Shown here: positions 9,935-20,755 of the stretch, piece by piece
Numbering within the stretch: the stretch's first letter is position 1
Layout: each line of letters begins with the position of its first letter
Assembly (NCBI GenBank): GCA_047638595.1
Contig: JBLIMJ010000005.1
Span: 1 to 52,847 of the forward strand
Source: Acidimicrobiales bacterium
Lineage (GTDB): Bacteria > Patescibacteriota > Minisyncoccia > Phycocordibacterales > UBA918
Direction: 5' to 3'
Length of the DNA: 52,847 nt
Made by a program: the position numbers and the translations under genes
The notes under the pieces: generated by a model
The model's input: only the letters and a program-made list of their open reading frames with translations
Databases searched by the model: none
Told to the model about the DNA's origin: nothing

Positions 9935-10654
9935 TTATTCATCAGAAGTGTTATCTGTTACATCGGCAATACTTGCTTCTGTGGAAGAAGCTGAAACGTC
10001 ACCCTCTTCAGAATCATCAGTTAGCCTATACAAATCAGGATCATATTCAATTTCAGAAATATTCAGTTGCTTACTAATCAAAAAAGTAACTCTGTCTTCT
10101 GCAGTAGTTCCATTAAATTCTTGACTATTATCTAATTCATCTGATGAAGTAAAGTCTACTTCATCAAAAGTAGCATTTTTAAAGAAATCATCTTTACTCA
10201 GCACATCTCGTTGAAACATTGTTGCATTTATCGTGTTAGTGGTAGCAAGCAATTCCAGCACAAGTTGATCTTCTTTATTTTTACCATATGCGAGACCTGT
10301 AATCTGCACCGACTGTGCGGTCATAGATTCTAGTGCTGCGAAAATTCGCGAAACAGCGACCTGTCCATAGAGTAATCCAGCAGCCTTATCTATCCGAGCG
10401 TCAAACTCTCGAACTGCCTCTAGTCCTGCCTCATTGAAATTGGCACGTTCGTCTGCTAAACGAGTTTTCTCTTCCTCTAGCTGGTTATTAAGAATCTGCG
10501 TGTACCCAAACACCACAGCTGAGGAAACCAGAGACATAAAGAAAAGCACCATTGATATATAGGTAAACACATAAACCTTATGTACAGTTCGAGGTTTTAC
10601 CTGGCCACGTGTAGGTTGTTTAGGAATAAATGATGTGCCTTGGGGTTTTTCCAT
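9935..10654 (-). CDS. PilN-like protein
   Basis: TSFIPK N-terminus, TM, coiled coil; immediately downstream of pilM. Confidence 0.65.
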   Translation of the reverse strand: MEKPQGTSFIPKQPTRGQVKPRTVHKVYVFTYISMVLFFMSLVSSAVVFGYTQILNNQLEEEKTRLADERANFNEAGLEAVREFDARIDKAAGLLYGQVAVSRIFAALESMTAQSVQITGLAYGKNKEDQLVLELLATTNTINATMFQRDVLSKDDFFKNATFDEVDFTSSDELDNSQEFNGTTAEDRVTFLISKQLNISEIEYDPDLYRLTDDSEEGDVSASSTEASIADVTDNTSDE

Positions 10655-10714
10655 ATCTTATTATTATACAATGAAACAAAAACAATACTTGACAATCTCT
10701 GTGGACAGTTATTG

Positions 10715-11806
10715 TCAAATCAATTCAAAGGGACGAAGTGCCGCTCCAAGTGCTATAGAAAAAATAGGGGCTACTTCTGCTAACGTATCTTCCATAAATG
10801 CTGGGTATGCTGTCTTTGTAAAAGGATTTGCTCGTTCAACCTGGCGATCAAGCATGTAACTTGCGTAGGTTTGCATCTCCCCAAAGGAGGCTGTACCTCC
10901 AGTAATAACAATACGAGCTACCGGAGCCCCTGCACGTAATTCGTATTGGTTAAGTACACGCCTAAACTCTTGGAAAGATCGTTCAAATGTTGTAATTACT
11001 GCCTTCTTTATATCTGCTGCATCCTCCCCATCGGGAGTATAGTTTCTTTTTTTATCTTCCGCCTCTTCAAATGGAATATCTAAAAGTTTTGCAATACGTT
11101 CTGTTGCTTGTACTCCTCCCGCAAAGACACGGTGGATTTTACGAACCATTCCCTCATGAGAAATGTACATTTTACTTGTCTGAGCACCTAAATCAATAAC
11201 CGCGACTGAGGTATCTGAAGCGTTTGTTACGGAACGTAACGCACTAAACAACTCTACCTCGGGAGACTGAGAGGTCATTTGTAACGATTGCAATAATATA
11301 TTCATCTCATTATATATGTCATTTTGCACAGCTACCACAAGAACTTCTCGGCCTAATCCTACAGAGCTCCCTAAAGAAGGTAATTCATTCCAGTCAAGTG
11401 CGACTTCGGCCATAGGAACAGGAATATACTTTCGTGCTTCAACATGCACACGAGACTCTATGTCTTCTGTCTGTTCTGCCTCAACTGAAAATACAGTCAC
11501 AAAACTCATTGACATTGGAAGTGTTAAAATGCCTGCCTTTGCTTTTACCTTAGCCTCCTTGAGAATATCTACTACAGCTTCCACTTGCTTAGGTAATTCA
11601 AGCTGTACGACACGCCCAAGTTCTCTTTCTCCATACGGACCCAACTGCAACTCACCATATGTTTTTAACGTAATGATATTTTTAACAAACTGTAATTCCA
11701 CAACCTTTACTGAAGATGAGCCAATATCAATACCAACCACCCGTTTCGGAGGTGCATTATTCTGAGATGCTAAACTAGCCAAAAAACTTTTAAGACCTAC
11801 TGCCAT
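10715..11806 (-). CDS. pilM: Type IV pilus assembly protein PilM
   Basis: VGIDIGSSSVKVVEL, IDLGA, ITGGTA, ALGAALR actin-like motifs. Confidence 0.92.
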   Translation of the reverse strand: MAVGLKSFLASLASQNNAPPKRVVGIDIGSSSVKVVELQFVKNIITLKTYGELQLGPYGERELGRVVQLELPKQVEAVVDILKEAKVKAKAGILTLPMSMSFVTVFSVEAEQTEDIESRVHVEARKYIPVPMAEVALDWNELPSLGSSVGLGREVLVVAVQNDIYNEMNILLQSLQMTSQSPEVELFSALRSVTNASDTSVAVIDLGAQTSKMYISHEGMVRKIHRVFAGGVQATERIAKLLDIPFEEAEDKKRNYTPDGEDAADIKKAVITTFERSFQEFRRVLNQYELRAGAPVARIVITGGTASFGEMQTYASYMLDRQVERANPFTKTAYPAFMEDTLAEVAPIFSIALGAALRPFELI

Positions 11807-11851
11807 AACTTTGTATCAATTCTAACATTAGTTTGCCGTATACTTAAAGAC

Positions 11852-12463
11852 ATGACTCTGGATTACAAAGCAATTTTGCATTTTCTCTTTCCTTTATCAG
11901 AAGATGAGCAGATATTAGTTGCGGCTACTCTTGAGGATTTTCTGCCAAAAGTAGCAGGACAATCGCGAGAACCTATCATCTCGTTACTCCACTACTCTGA
12001 TGCTCATGTCCGTAGTGCAATTCACCTAGTCAAATTTCATAACCATGTGCACGCGCGAAAACTGCTTGCACATACTCTCGTTACATACTTATCCGCACAC
12101 ACTACACATGAAGCTATACTTGTTCCTGTACCACTTTCTGCAAAGAGAAAGCGAGAACGTGGATATAATCAGGTAAGTGTCGTTATACAACAGGCAAACC
12201 TTAGGGCAATACTTGTGGAGAATATACTCATGCGCAAAAAACACACCATTCCCCAAACATCACTGGCACGCACAGAACGATTACAAAACGTGACCAACGC
12301 TTTTGGTATTAGTAACCACAAAATTGCTCTGGAAAAAATCTCAGGGAAGCACATTGTTCTTATCGACGATGTGACCACTACTGGCGCGACACTTGAAGAG
12401 GCAAAAGCTGCGCTTTTGCCTCTTCAGCCCGCATCAGTTACCTGTATTGCACTAGCACACTAA
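11852..12463 (+). CDS. comF: ComF family competence phosphoribosyltransferase-like protein
   Basis: VPVPLS...RGYNQ, LIDDVTTTGATL. Confidence 0.9.
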   Translation: MTLDYKAILHFLFPLSEDEQILVAATLEDFLPKVAGQSREPIISLLHYSDAHVRSAIHLVKFHNHVHARKLLAHTLVTYLSAHTTHEAILVPVPLSAKRKRERGYNQVSVVIQQANLRAILVENILMRKKHTIPQTSLARTERLQNVTNAFGISNHKIALEKISGKHIVLIDDVTTTGATLEEAKAALLPLQPASVTCIALAH

Positions 12464-12929
12464 AGCGTCATTATGTATTCTAACCAGTCATTTGAATCCA
12501 CCTCACTAATACATTCAATGGATTCACTTTGAAAATAGTCTGAATTTCTGTTTAAAACATAAACACTCGCGGACACCTCTCTTCCATCTATCGTTACTTC
12601 GCGTTTTTCTGGAAATAAAAATTCTTAGACTTTGATTCTTCAGGACTTAAGCCCGGGGTGAAAACTTCCCAAGTATCCATAACGGTAAAAACTCTTTCGG
12701 GGTCAAAAACTTGATACAAAGTTCCTTTAATCACATCAACTGGCGTATCAGATTCTACAAGACCTGGGTAGTCAATTTTTTGACTAAGATTTCGCAAGTG
12801 TAGCAATCTCCCCTTTATTAAAGCACTCCCTAATGACTTTAAGTCATCTTTAAGTTGTTTTTTCTCAGCTATAGCTAAACTGCTTGCTGGCTGCAGTGTG
12901 CCGTATGTAAAAAGATATTCCAGTTTCAT
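12460..12929 (-). pseudogene. Gamma-glutamylcyclotransferase family gene with a frameshift
   Basis: FTYGTL motif; ORF stops at 12594 but another frame continues REVTIDGREVSASVYVL...SNDWLEY to TAG at 12460; shift near an A5 run at about 12605. Confidence 0.65.
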
Positions 12930-12983
12930 ATTGACAGTATACCAAATACCCACCAGACATGAGATACTACAGTCCCACTATAT

Positions 12984-14492
12984 ATGTACGATACGCTTAA
13001 AAAACATTTTGGGTACGATGAGTTTCGTCCATTGCAAAAAGATATTATTCAGCGTGTACTAGAAAAAGAAGACTGTTTGGTGCTGATGCCGACCGGTGGC
13101 GGTAAATCGCTTTGTTTTCAGCTACCAACTCTTCTGCAAGAAGGTCTGACCATCGCCGTCTCACCACTTATTTCTCTTATGAAGGACCAGGTAGATGCGC
13201 TAACTGCCAACGGCATCAAGGCGGCTTTCATCAACAGCTCGCTGACCCAAGATGAAATTGCATATATCATCAATGATATACAAAGTGGTGCTATTAAAAT
13301 TCTGTATATTGCACCTGAGCGTCTTTCCGTGCCTAACTTTCAAGAGTTGCTACACACACTTCCTATTGGAATGTTCGCAATAGACGAGGCACACTGTATT
13401 TCAGAGTGGGGTCATGACTTCAGGCCAGACTACCGCAACCTCAACAAGCTGCGCACCGACTTCCCCACCATCCCTATCATCGCGCTGACTGCCACCGCAA
13501 CAGAACAGGTTCGTGCAGATATCGTGAAGCAGCTGAACTTGCCTTCCCCTCACATCTTCACTTCAAGCTTCAACCGAGAAAATCTCAGTTACGAGGTTCT
13601 GCCGAAAAAAGAATCATTTGGCACCATCCTTTCACTGATTGAACTCCATCCAAAAGAGAGTGTGATTATTTATTGTTTCTCACGCAAAGACACTGAAAGC
13701 ATCGCGAGTAAACTCAAAGCACACGGACACAATGCCGGGACCTATCACGCAGGACTCACCGCAGACACACGGCGTGACAATCAAGACAAGTTCATTCGTG
13801 ATGACATTCACATTATGGTTGCGACCATCGCGTTTGGTATGGGTATCGACAAACCTGACGTACGTTTAGTCATTCATCACAGCCTACCCAAGTCCATCGA
13901 GGGCTATTATCAAGAAACGGGTCGTGCAGGAAGAGACGGACTGCCAGCACGTTGCGTGCTTCTATTTTCATACGCAGACAAATTCAAGCAAGACTACTTC
14001 ATCAGTATGATTCCTGAGGGAGAGGAAAAACAGCAAGCCCAAGACAACCTCGACCAATCCATGCAGTATGGAACACTCCCTTCTTGCAGAAGAAAGTTTC
14101 TTCTGAGGTATTTTAATGAAGACTACACGCAAGAAAACTGTGGCAACTGTGACCGATGCATAGCGTTCGCACCGCTAGAGGCAGCCACATCAAGCGCTAA
14201 GGGTAAGACCAAGAAGAGTAAAGGCAAAACTTCCGCATCCACGGCCCGAGCTGCCGACACAGGCGACTACGACACCGACCTCTTCGAAGTATTAAAACAA
14301 CTTCGCATGCGAGAATCCAAGCGCCTCAAAGTACCCCCATACATCGTTTTCGGTGATAAATCGCTGAGGGACATGTGCCAAAACAAACCCCAAACCGACA
14401 CCGCTTTCCTCAGAATAAATGGCGTCGGGGATAAGAAGTTGAAGAAGTTTGGAGCAATCTTCATGGAGGCTATTACGGAGTACGAAAGCTGA
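12984..14492 (+). CDS. recQ: RecQ family helicase (helicase, Zn-binding, HRDC; winged-helix region apparently absent)
   Basis: MPTGGGKS, DEAHCISEWGHDFRP, QETGRAGRDG, CRR...CGNCDRC, HRDC VPPYIVFGDKSL. Confidence 0.93.
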   Translation: MYDTLKKHFGYDEFRPLQKDIIQRVLEKEDCLVLMPTGGGKSLCFQLPTLLQEGLTIAVSPLISLMKDQVDALTANGIKAAFINSSLTQDEIAYIINDIQSGAIKILYIAPERLSVPNFQELLHTLPIGMFAIDEAHCISEWGHDFRPDYRNLNKLRTDFPTIPIIALTATATEQVRADIVKQLNLPSPHIFTSSFNRENLSYEVLPKKESFGTILSLIELHPKESVIIYCFSRKDTESIASKLKAHGHNAGTYHAGLTADTRRDNQDKFIRDDIHIMVATIAFGMGIDKPDVRLVIHHSLPKSIEGYYQETGRAGRDGLPARCVLLFSYADKFKQDYFISMIPEGEEKQQAQDNLDQSMQYGTLPSCRRKFLLRYFNEDYTQENCGNCDRCIAFAPLEAATSSAKGKTKKSKGKTSASTARAADTGDYDTDLFEVLKQLRMRESKRLKVPPYIVFGDKSLRDMCQNKPQTDTAFLRINGVGDKKLKKFGAIFMEAITEYES

Positions 14493-14586
14493 TGAAGCAT
14501 TTTTAGAAATTAAATGAAGGCAGGAGTATAACGAATATTCTAAATTTATGTCCCGATTTGTTCTGCCCTTGGGCACATCGCTGTAC

Positions 14587-14867
<281 letters not shown>

Positions 14868-14995
14868 TAGTTTTTCAAAATCATGGGAAAGTCTCTGTGG
14901 TCTTAATGGGAAACGAAATATACTTGAGAGTTTGGGGAGTAAGTTTTTATTAAAAAGCAGAGAAGTTTCACTATCAAACCAGTTATAATATAAAC

Positions 14996-16456
14996 ATGTT
15001 AAAGAAAACGCTACTTTTGTTTTTGGGATTAATATTGATAGTTGGTTTGTTTCATAATAAGAAATCATTACCTGATTTTGTGAGTTATGAAAGTCCCATA
15101 TACGAGGTACAGTCCAATGAGGTTCATTTCTTTCAGGATACAACGTATGTTGATGATAAGGGTGCAAGGCACTCAGACCAAGAAATCTTTGATGAGATTT
15201 TTAGAATGATTGACGAGTCGCAACAGTACATTTTGCTTGACCTGTTTTTCTATAGTGATTTTACTGGCATAGAGACATCATCATATCGACAACTGGCTAC
15301 AGAATTGACGCAAAAGCTCATCAAGAAGAAAAACGAAAACCCGGACATCGTAATTCAAGTGATCACCGATCCAATTAATATTATGTATGGTGGTCATTCA
15401 TCAAAAGATTTTGAATTACTTCGCGAAAATAACATCTCGGTAACCATTACAAATCTAAAACCATTACGTGACAGTAATCCAATTTATAGTGCATTTTGGC
15501 GGACTGCTTTTCAGTGGTTCGGAAATACTGCAACGGAAGGTATCCTGCCGAATCCATTGGATGAAAAAAGTCCTAATTTGGGCATACGCACATATCTAAA
15601 AATGCTCAATTACAAAGCTAACCACCGAAAAGTGGTGTTAACTGACTACATAAAAGACGATTTAGTTGGTTTCTCTACCCTGATTACTTCTGCCAATCCG
15701 CATGATGGATCCAGTACTCATAGCAATATTGCGGTACGGGCTGATAGTCATGTTTGGCAAGACATATTACATACAGAATCAGCCGTAGTTAATTTTTCAA
15801 ACGAAACATTTGTCTATCCACCTAAAGAATTTCTGGAAAAAATTGATGAAATAGAGAACGGCACACTTCAGGTGCAAATCTTAACTGAGGGTAAAATTGA
15901 AAAACGAGCAATCAAAGAAATTGATACGACCACCTCTGGAGACATGATTGATATAGCAATGTTCTACATAGCTGATCGAGATATTGTTAAAGCACTCAAA
16001 CGTGCTGACAAAAGAGGAGTTCATGTCCGCATGTTACTTGACCCTAATAAAGATGCATTTGGACGCGAAAAGAATGGTATTCCTAACCGACAAGTTGCGC
16101 ATGAACTCGTCCAAAATTCAGATGGCAACACGAAGATCCGTTGGTGTGACACACATGGCGAGCAATGCCATAACAAACTCCTGCTAGTAAAAACAGGTGA
16201 TCAGACTGTGATGATGCAGGGCTCAGCTAACTACACAAAGAGAAACCTACAAGATTACAATCTGGAGACAAACATCATTATTACTGGCCGCAGGGACGAA
16301 CAAATATTCAAGGACATTGAAGCGTTTTTTGAAACGCAGTGGAACAATGAGGAATATATATTTTACTCAACTAGTTACGAAACGTACGAAGATACAAGTA
16401 CCTACAAAAACATAGTATATCGTTTGAAAGAATTTAGTGGATTAAGTCGCTGGTAA
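14996..16456 (+). CDS. Phospholipase D superfamily protein (cardiolipin synthase-like)
   Basis: HRKVVLTD...TSAN and HNKLLLVK...GSANY motifs, N-terminal TM. Confidence 0.85.
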   Translation: MLKKTLLLFLGLILIVGLFHNKKSLPDFVSYESPIYEVQSNEVHFFQDTTYVDDKGARHSDQEIFDEIFRMIDESQQYILLDLFFYSDFTGIETSSYRQLATELTQKLIKKKNENPDIVIQVITDPINIMYGGHSSKDFELLRENNISVTITNLKPLRDSNPIYSAFWRTAFQWFGNTATEGILPNPLDEKSPNLGIRTYLKMLNYKANHRKVVLTDYIKDDLVGFSTLITSANPHDGSSTHSNIAVRADSHVWQDILHTESAVVNFSNETFVYPPKEFLEKIDEIENGTLQVQILTEGKIEKRAIKEIDTTTSGDMIDIAMFYIADRDIVKALKRADKRGVHVRMLLDPNKDAFGREKNGIPNRQVAHELVQNSDGNTKIRWCDTHGEQCHNKLLLVKTGDQTVMMQGSANYTKRNLQDYNLETNIIITGRRDEQIFKDIEAFFETQWNNEEYIFYSTSYETYEDTSTYKNIVYRLKEFSGLSRW

Positions 16457-16457
16457 G

Positions 16458-17294
16458 CTACTGTTCTCGAATGGTGACTGAGAAATTAGGGTCATCAACA
16501 TTAGCTTTGATTCTTTCGTTTGCTAAATAAGTCTCCCTCAGTTCATCAAGCGGAATGGAGTTATCTATAAACCCAAGTTCATACGCTAATAAGTCAGAAT
16601 CTTTTGGAAGTAGGATTCTGTAATCCCAGCCAACCCTAGAAGGAATTATTTCATTTATATGATCAGCAATCCTGGTTGCGCAGGTGTTTGTAAGCGTATT
16701 ATAAAACTCTGGCGTATCTCGCAGCGCAGTCGCTCGCTCTAACATATTCACAAAAAGTTGTTGAACAGCCTCTTTTGGAGCTACCGTTGGATATATGTAT
16801 ACGGGATTATCTCTATGTACAGCACGAAGTGTAAGTGCATCACGCTCATCAACGACAACATACATGATTTCGTACTCTTCAAATATCCCTTTGATCGGTG
16901 AAAATTCCTCACCAGCCTCCTTCCTTATCTCTATTGAAATCGCTATGCGCGAACCATCTTTTAAACCAAAACTCAATAGTGTATGCGCGACGGCAACACT
17001 TGCCAATGGTTCTACTATATAGTCGACAGATTCTATGTCACTAATCAAAACAGTTTTATCATAGTAATTTTGTACATATTCATCTCGTGAGAGATATTCA
17101 AAATTCCTAATATTTTTAACATGAATTACATCTCCATCGAATTCTGCAAAAGGAAGTATTTCTTGGTCTGCCGCCCACACAAGATCGTTCGAGGGTGTTC
17201 GTACTATAAGTAACAAAATTACCCAAGCTGCCAAAGCCATCAGAAATAAACCTAAGATGGATCGTTTTTTAATAGTGTGATTACGTATCTGCAT
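16458..17294 (-). CDS. DUF4105 / Lnb-like membrane-anchored protein
   Basis: NIRNF, AHTLLSFG, SIEIRKE, DERD, FYNTLTNTCAT. Confidence 0.8.
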   Translation of the reverse strand: MQIRNHTIKKRSILGLFLMALAAWVILLLIVRTPSNDLVWAADQEILPFAEFDGDVIHVKNIRNFEYLSRDEYVQNYYDKTVLISDIESVDYIVEPLASVAVAHTLLSFGLKDGSRIAISIEIRKEAGEEFSPIKGIFEEYEIMYVVVDERDALTLRAVHRDNPVYIYPTVAPKEAVQQLFVNMLERATALRDTPEFYNTLTNTCATRIADHINEIIPSRVGWDYRILLPKDSDLLAYELGFIDNSIPLDELRETYLANERIKANVDDPNFSVTIREQ

Positions 17295-17325
17295 AATTGA
17301 TTGTTATACTAAGCATATCATTATC

Positions 17326-18237
17326 ATGAAACGTATCACACTAATTTTCCTTGCAGTAATAATCATTATTACTTCGTACCTATTTTTGTTTGAGCCAAAA
17401 TACAGCGGGCTCATTAAGACTGACGCCAATGAAATATTACTGTTCGCCCATCGTGGCTTTGGAAACCATGCTCCCGACAATAGTTTCGTTGGTGCCGGCA
17501 TGGCACTCGAGAACGGACTGGATGGGGTGGATGTAGATGCTCAATTTTCAAAAGATAAACAGACATTTATTTTTCATGACGTCACCTTAGAACGTTTTAC
17601 CGAAGGTGAGGGTCGGGTTGATGCCTATGCACTGGAACAACTTCAGCAATATGATATGGGACTGAAGTACGGGGACGGGACGGAGTTTAAAGATGTCTAC
17701 ATAGAATCATTTGAGACGTTCGTAAAAGAAATAACTCCTAATGCGTTACTAATGACTGAGCTCAAGATAGCTACCCCTAAAGATACGGGGATGGAACAGG
17801 ACGTAATTAATGTCATTGCAAAATATGATGCGTTTGACCAGGTCTACATTAGTACTTTCAATCCTGTAGTTCTGTACCGGTTAAAAAAAATTGATCCTCG
17901 TGTACAGACCGTATTCATCTTCCAAAATTCTGGCTGGGATCCAGCACGTGTAGCTGAGACGAAAAAAGAAGACCAGGTGTCACTGCCATGGTACTTACAA
18001 ACGGAGTGGACGCGTCGTGTAATTCGTAAAATAGCAAAACCTGATGCACTAAGCATTAACGAACGAGTGGACACAAAAACCCTAGAGCGTTTGCAAAAAT
18101 CTGGTTGGCCGATATTCTTGTGGCCACTGAATACAAAAGAGTCTATTGGCTGGGGTATAGACATGCAACCATATGGCATTGTCACCGATGAACCTCTTTT
18201 AACTAAACAGCTGTACGAAGAATCAAAATCTAACTAG
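17326..18237 (+). CDS. Glycerophosphodiester phosphodiesterase family protein
   Basis: FAHRG...PDNS, DVD, IFHDVTLERFT, TDEP. Confidence 0.88.
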   Translation: MKRITLIFLAVIIIITSYLFLFEPKYSGLIKTDANEILLFAHRGFGNHAPDNSFVGAGMALENGLDGVDVDAQFSKDKQTFIFHDVTLERFTEGEGRVDAYALEQLQQYDMGLKYGDGTEFKDVYIESFETFVKEITPNALLMTELKIATPKDTGMEQDVINVIAKYDAFDQVYISTFNPVVLYRLKKIDPRVQTVFIFQNSGWDPARVAETKKEDQVSLPWYLQTEWTRRVIRKIAKPDALSINERVDTKTLERLQKSGWPIFLWPLNTKESIGWGIDMQPYGIVTDEPLLTKQLYEESKSN

Positions 18238-19829
18238 CTACCATATTTCTCGTAAAAAGAGTTTGAGAATAACTCCTGGGGATCATACTTCCTTTTAAGG
18301 GCAAAAAAGTCATCAACCTCCGGATACGCTGCTCGTAGTTGCTCAGGTGAATAGTACAACTGGTACGGCAAGTAATATGTACCTCCCAACGAAGTTGCTA
18401 AATCAATGAGTTGAACAGTAGCTTGTTCAAGTTTTTTACTATCCTTTTCAGTTAACTTTTGGTTAAAGTACAAAACATAGGCAATTCGGTCATCTTTGGC
18501 GTATGGCAATGCAGAAAGTTCATCCTTTGTAACTACTCGCAGTGTCACATTCAATAAATTAACTTTAGTGTCTTTCACGATTGACCGTAACCCGTCGATG
18601 AAAGCTACTGTATGTTCTTGTGGAATGAAATATTCATTGAGTATATTTGTATCCTTGATTTTGGTATCAAGGTATTCCATCGACTGATTCATTTTTTGAT
18701 TACGACTGGCAACACAGACTTCTTCGCTCGTACCTGACATAACGCCATTGCGTGTAACGCAGTTGTGATAACCGGGCTCTAAATTCTTTTCCGCAGTCCA
18801 ACGGACCCAACGTCCCAAACTACCCGTCTTGGATAGATTGAATATCAATCGTTTCATCCAGACTTTCGACGACCCATCTAACGGTTTTGCTTCTGCTTCA
18901 AATTCAGGTTCGACGTAACGATGAACTGCTACTTCTTTTAAATACGAGCCTGGAGCAATTGAAAGTCTGGCGTATGTAAGTCCAACATCATCATTACCAA
19001 CAACATTTGTATCGAAAAATTCATTGTAGTCATTGTAGTCAATATAATCAGTCTTCCAGGTATAAACATCATTTTTTACAATATCTAACTCAACATCAAG
19101 AATGACGGCTGACAAGCCGTACCCTCCAAGCACAGCACCAAATAACTCTTCACCCGGGTATATCTTTCTAGTTGTGCCATCAGCTAACATTACGCTCATT
19201 GAACGTACGGTGGGGCCGATTTGACCAGGCTGATGCTCTACTCCATGGGCGTTTACACTCAAAGTACCCCCAACACTAAAGAGGTTGATTGACTGCATTG
19301 CTTTTACCGCCAAATCCATTGGATCTAATATTGCCTGTACTTCTTTCCATGAAGCTCCGCTTTGTACATTCATAGTGAGATGTTCCTCGTCCACTTGCAC
19401 ATCATTTAACTCTCTCATGTCGAGCACTAATCCCCCTTGAGAAAAGCTTTGACCTCCCATACTGTGCCGCTCGCCAGCAGGAGTAATTTTTAAATTATTA
19501 TCGCTAGCAAATTGTAATGCCTTAGCAACATCATCTTCCGTTCTAACTTGTACAATCCCATATACATTTGTTTTATTTAAACAGCTAGCATCATTTATTG
19601 AACCCCCTGATTGTTGTATCTCAACACCAGCGTCGTTAAGTGTTACGTAGTTGATTACCAGTTCTGTGTTCACATCTCCTTTTTGGTATGCAAAATTACA
19701 ATCACGCTCACCTTCCGGTGCTGCTGCAAAATCATTAATCTTCTTTCCTGTGATAAAGGCTAACGCCGCAATAACGATTGCCCCTGAAGCAAAAACAGAC
19801 TTCTTTGATGTCCACTTAATTTTTTTCAT
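18234..19829 (-). CDS. FAD-binding oxidoreductase (PCMH FAD domain; ALO/DprE1-like), N-terminally anchored
   Basis: GERHSMGGQ, SVGGTLSVNAHG, GGYGL, YYLPYQ, KRKYDP..LFSN; start taken at MKKIKW. Confidence 0.85.
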   Translation of the reverse strand: MKKIKWTSKKSVFASGAIVIAALAFITGKKINDFAAAPEGERDCNFAYQKGDVNTELVINYVTLNDAGVEIQQSGGSINDASCLNKTNVYGIVQVRTEDDVAKALQFASDNNLKITPAGERHSMGGQSFSQGGLVLDMRELNDVQVDEEHLTMNVQSGASWKEVQAILDPMDLAVKAMQSINLFSVGGTLSVNAHGVEHQPGQIGPTVRSMSVMLADGTTRKIYPGEELFGAVLGGYGLSAVILDVELDIVKNDVYTWKTDYIDYNDYNEFFDTNVVGNDDVGLTYARLSIAPGSYLKEVAVHRYVEPEFEAEAKPLDGSSKVWMKRLIFNLSKTGSLGRWVRWTAEKNLEPGYHNCVTRNGVMSGTSEEVCVASRNQKMNQSMEYLDTKIKDTNILNEYFIPQEHTVAFIDGLRSIVKDTKVNLLNVTLRVVTKDELSALPYAKDDRIAYVLYFNQKLTEKDSKKLEQATVQLIDLATSLGGTYYLPYQLYYSPEQLRAAYPEVDDFFALKRKYDPQELFSNSFYEKYGS

Positions 19830-19891
19830 AAATTTAAATACTTTACTTAGTATATAATGGATTGATAGAATTTTTATAATCAAACTTTAAT

Positions 19892-20320
19892 ATGTTTAAA
19901 ATACTCAACGGAATAAGTCTCGCAACTTGGACGTACCTATACATAATCTTATTCTTTCTATTAGTAGGAATGAATTTCTTCCCCTTTCTTTTTAGAGCTG
20001 ACGGAATGATGATTGGGGGGTTCAATTTAGCTGAGGAAGCAAATATACTTCATCTGCTCTCAGGTATGTGGGCTGCGACCGCATTATGGTATTCCCGCAA
20101 CTCGATGCTGTATTATTTCAGAATTTTTGGAACAATTTATTTTTTGGACGGTGTTGTAGGGATGGTAGCTGGCAAAGCCTTCCTTAACCTAAATTTGTTT
20201 CACTCCCATATTGCCCCTCATGGGGACTTCATGGTTCGTCTACTACTTAATATTCCTCATCTCACCATAGGAGGACTTGCAATGGTTATAGGATTTATCT
20301 TGTTTAAATTAAATAAATAG
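19892..20320 (+). CDS. Small multi-TM membrane protein (DUF4383-like)
   Basis: About 4 hydrophobic segments, NILHLLSG motif. Confidence 0.55.
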   Translation: MFKILNGISLATWTYLYIILFFLLVGMNFFPFLFRADGMMIGGFNLAEEANILHLLSGMWAATALWYSRNSMLYYFRIFGTIYFLDGVVGMVAGKAFLNLNLFHSHIAPHGDFMVRLLLNIPHLTIGGLAMVIGFILFKLNK

Positions 20321-20339
20321 ATTAAATATTTATTTAAAG

Positions 20340-20369
20340 AAAAAGCACTACAATCATGTAGTGCTTTTT
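20340..20369. terminator. Intrinsic terminator
   Basis: AAAAAGCACTACA-ATCA-TGTAGTGCTTTTT. Confidence 0.75.
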
Positions 20370-20755
20370 CTAGTTGAGCTAATTAGAAACTAAAACGATA
20401 GTTCCTCGTGCTCGCTCGATGATGCGGGGACTAAGTGATACTCACCAGTATGGGTCATCCGATACTAAGTATTTAGTCCTGCGACTTAAAATAAGCTTCT
20501 GGGTCTACATTTCCTTCATTCAAGACAGATTCATAAATTTCCTGTTCTGATACCTTCAGATTATTTCTTTCCTATGCTGCTTGAACTCAAGAAAGGTGTG
20601 CGATTAGGGTGATTATTTACGACTGGTAATGTGTGCACACATTACCAAAATGTTTTGACTTGTGTGCAGAAGAGTTGTTCTTTTGAAATAGACTTGACTA
20701 ATCTAGTCCTTTTTCTATACTTAATTTACGACTTAACCAATGGAGGTATAAGGAA

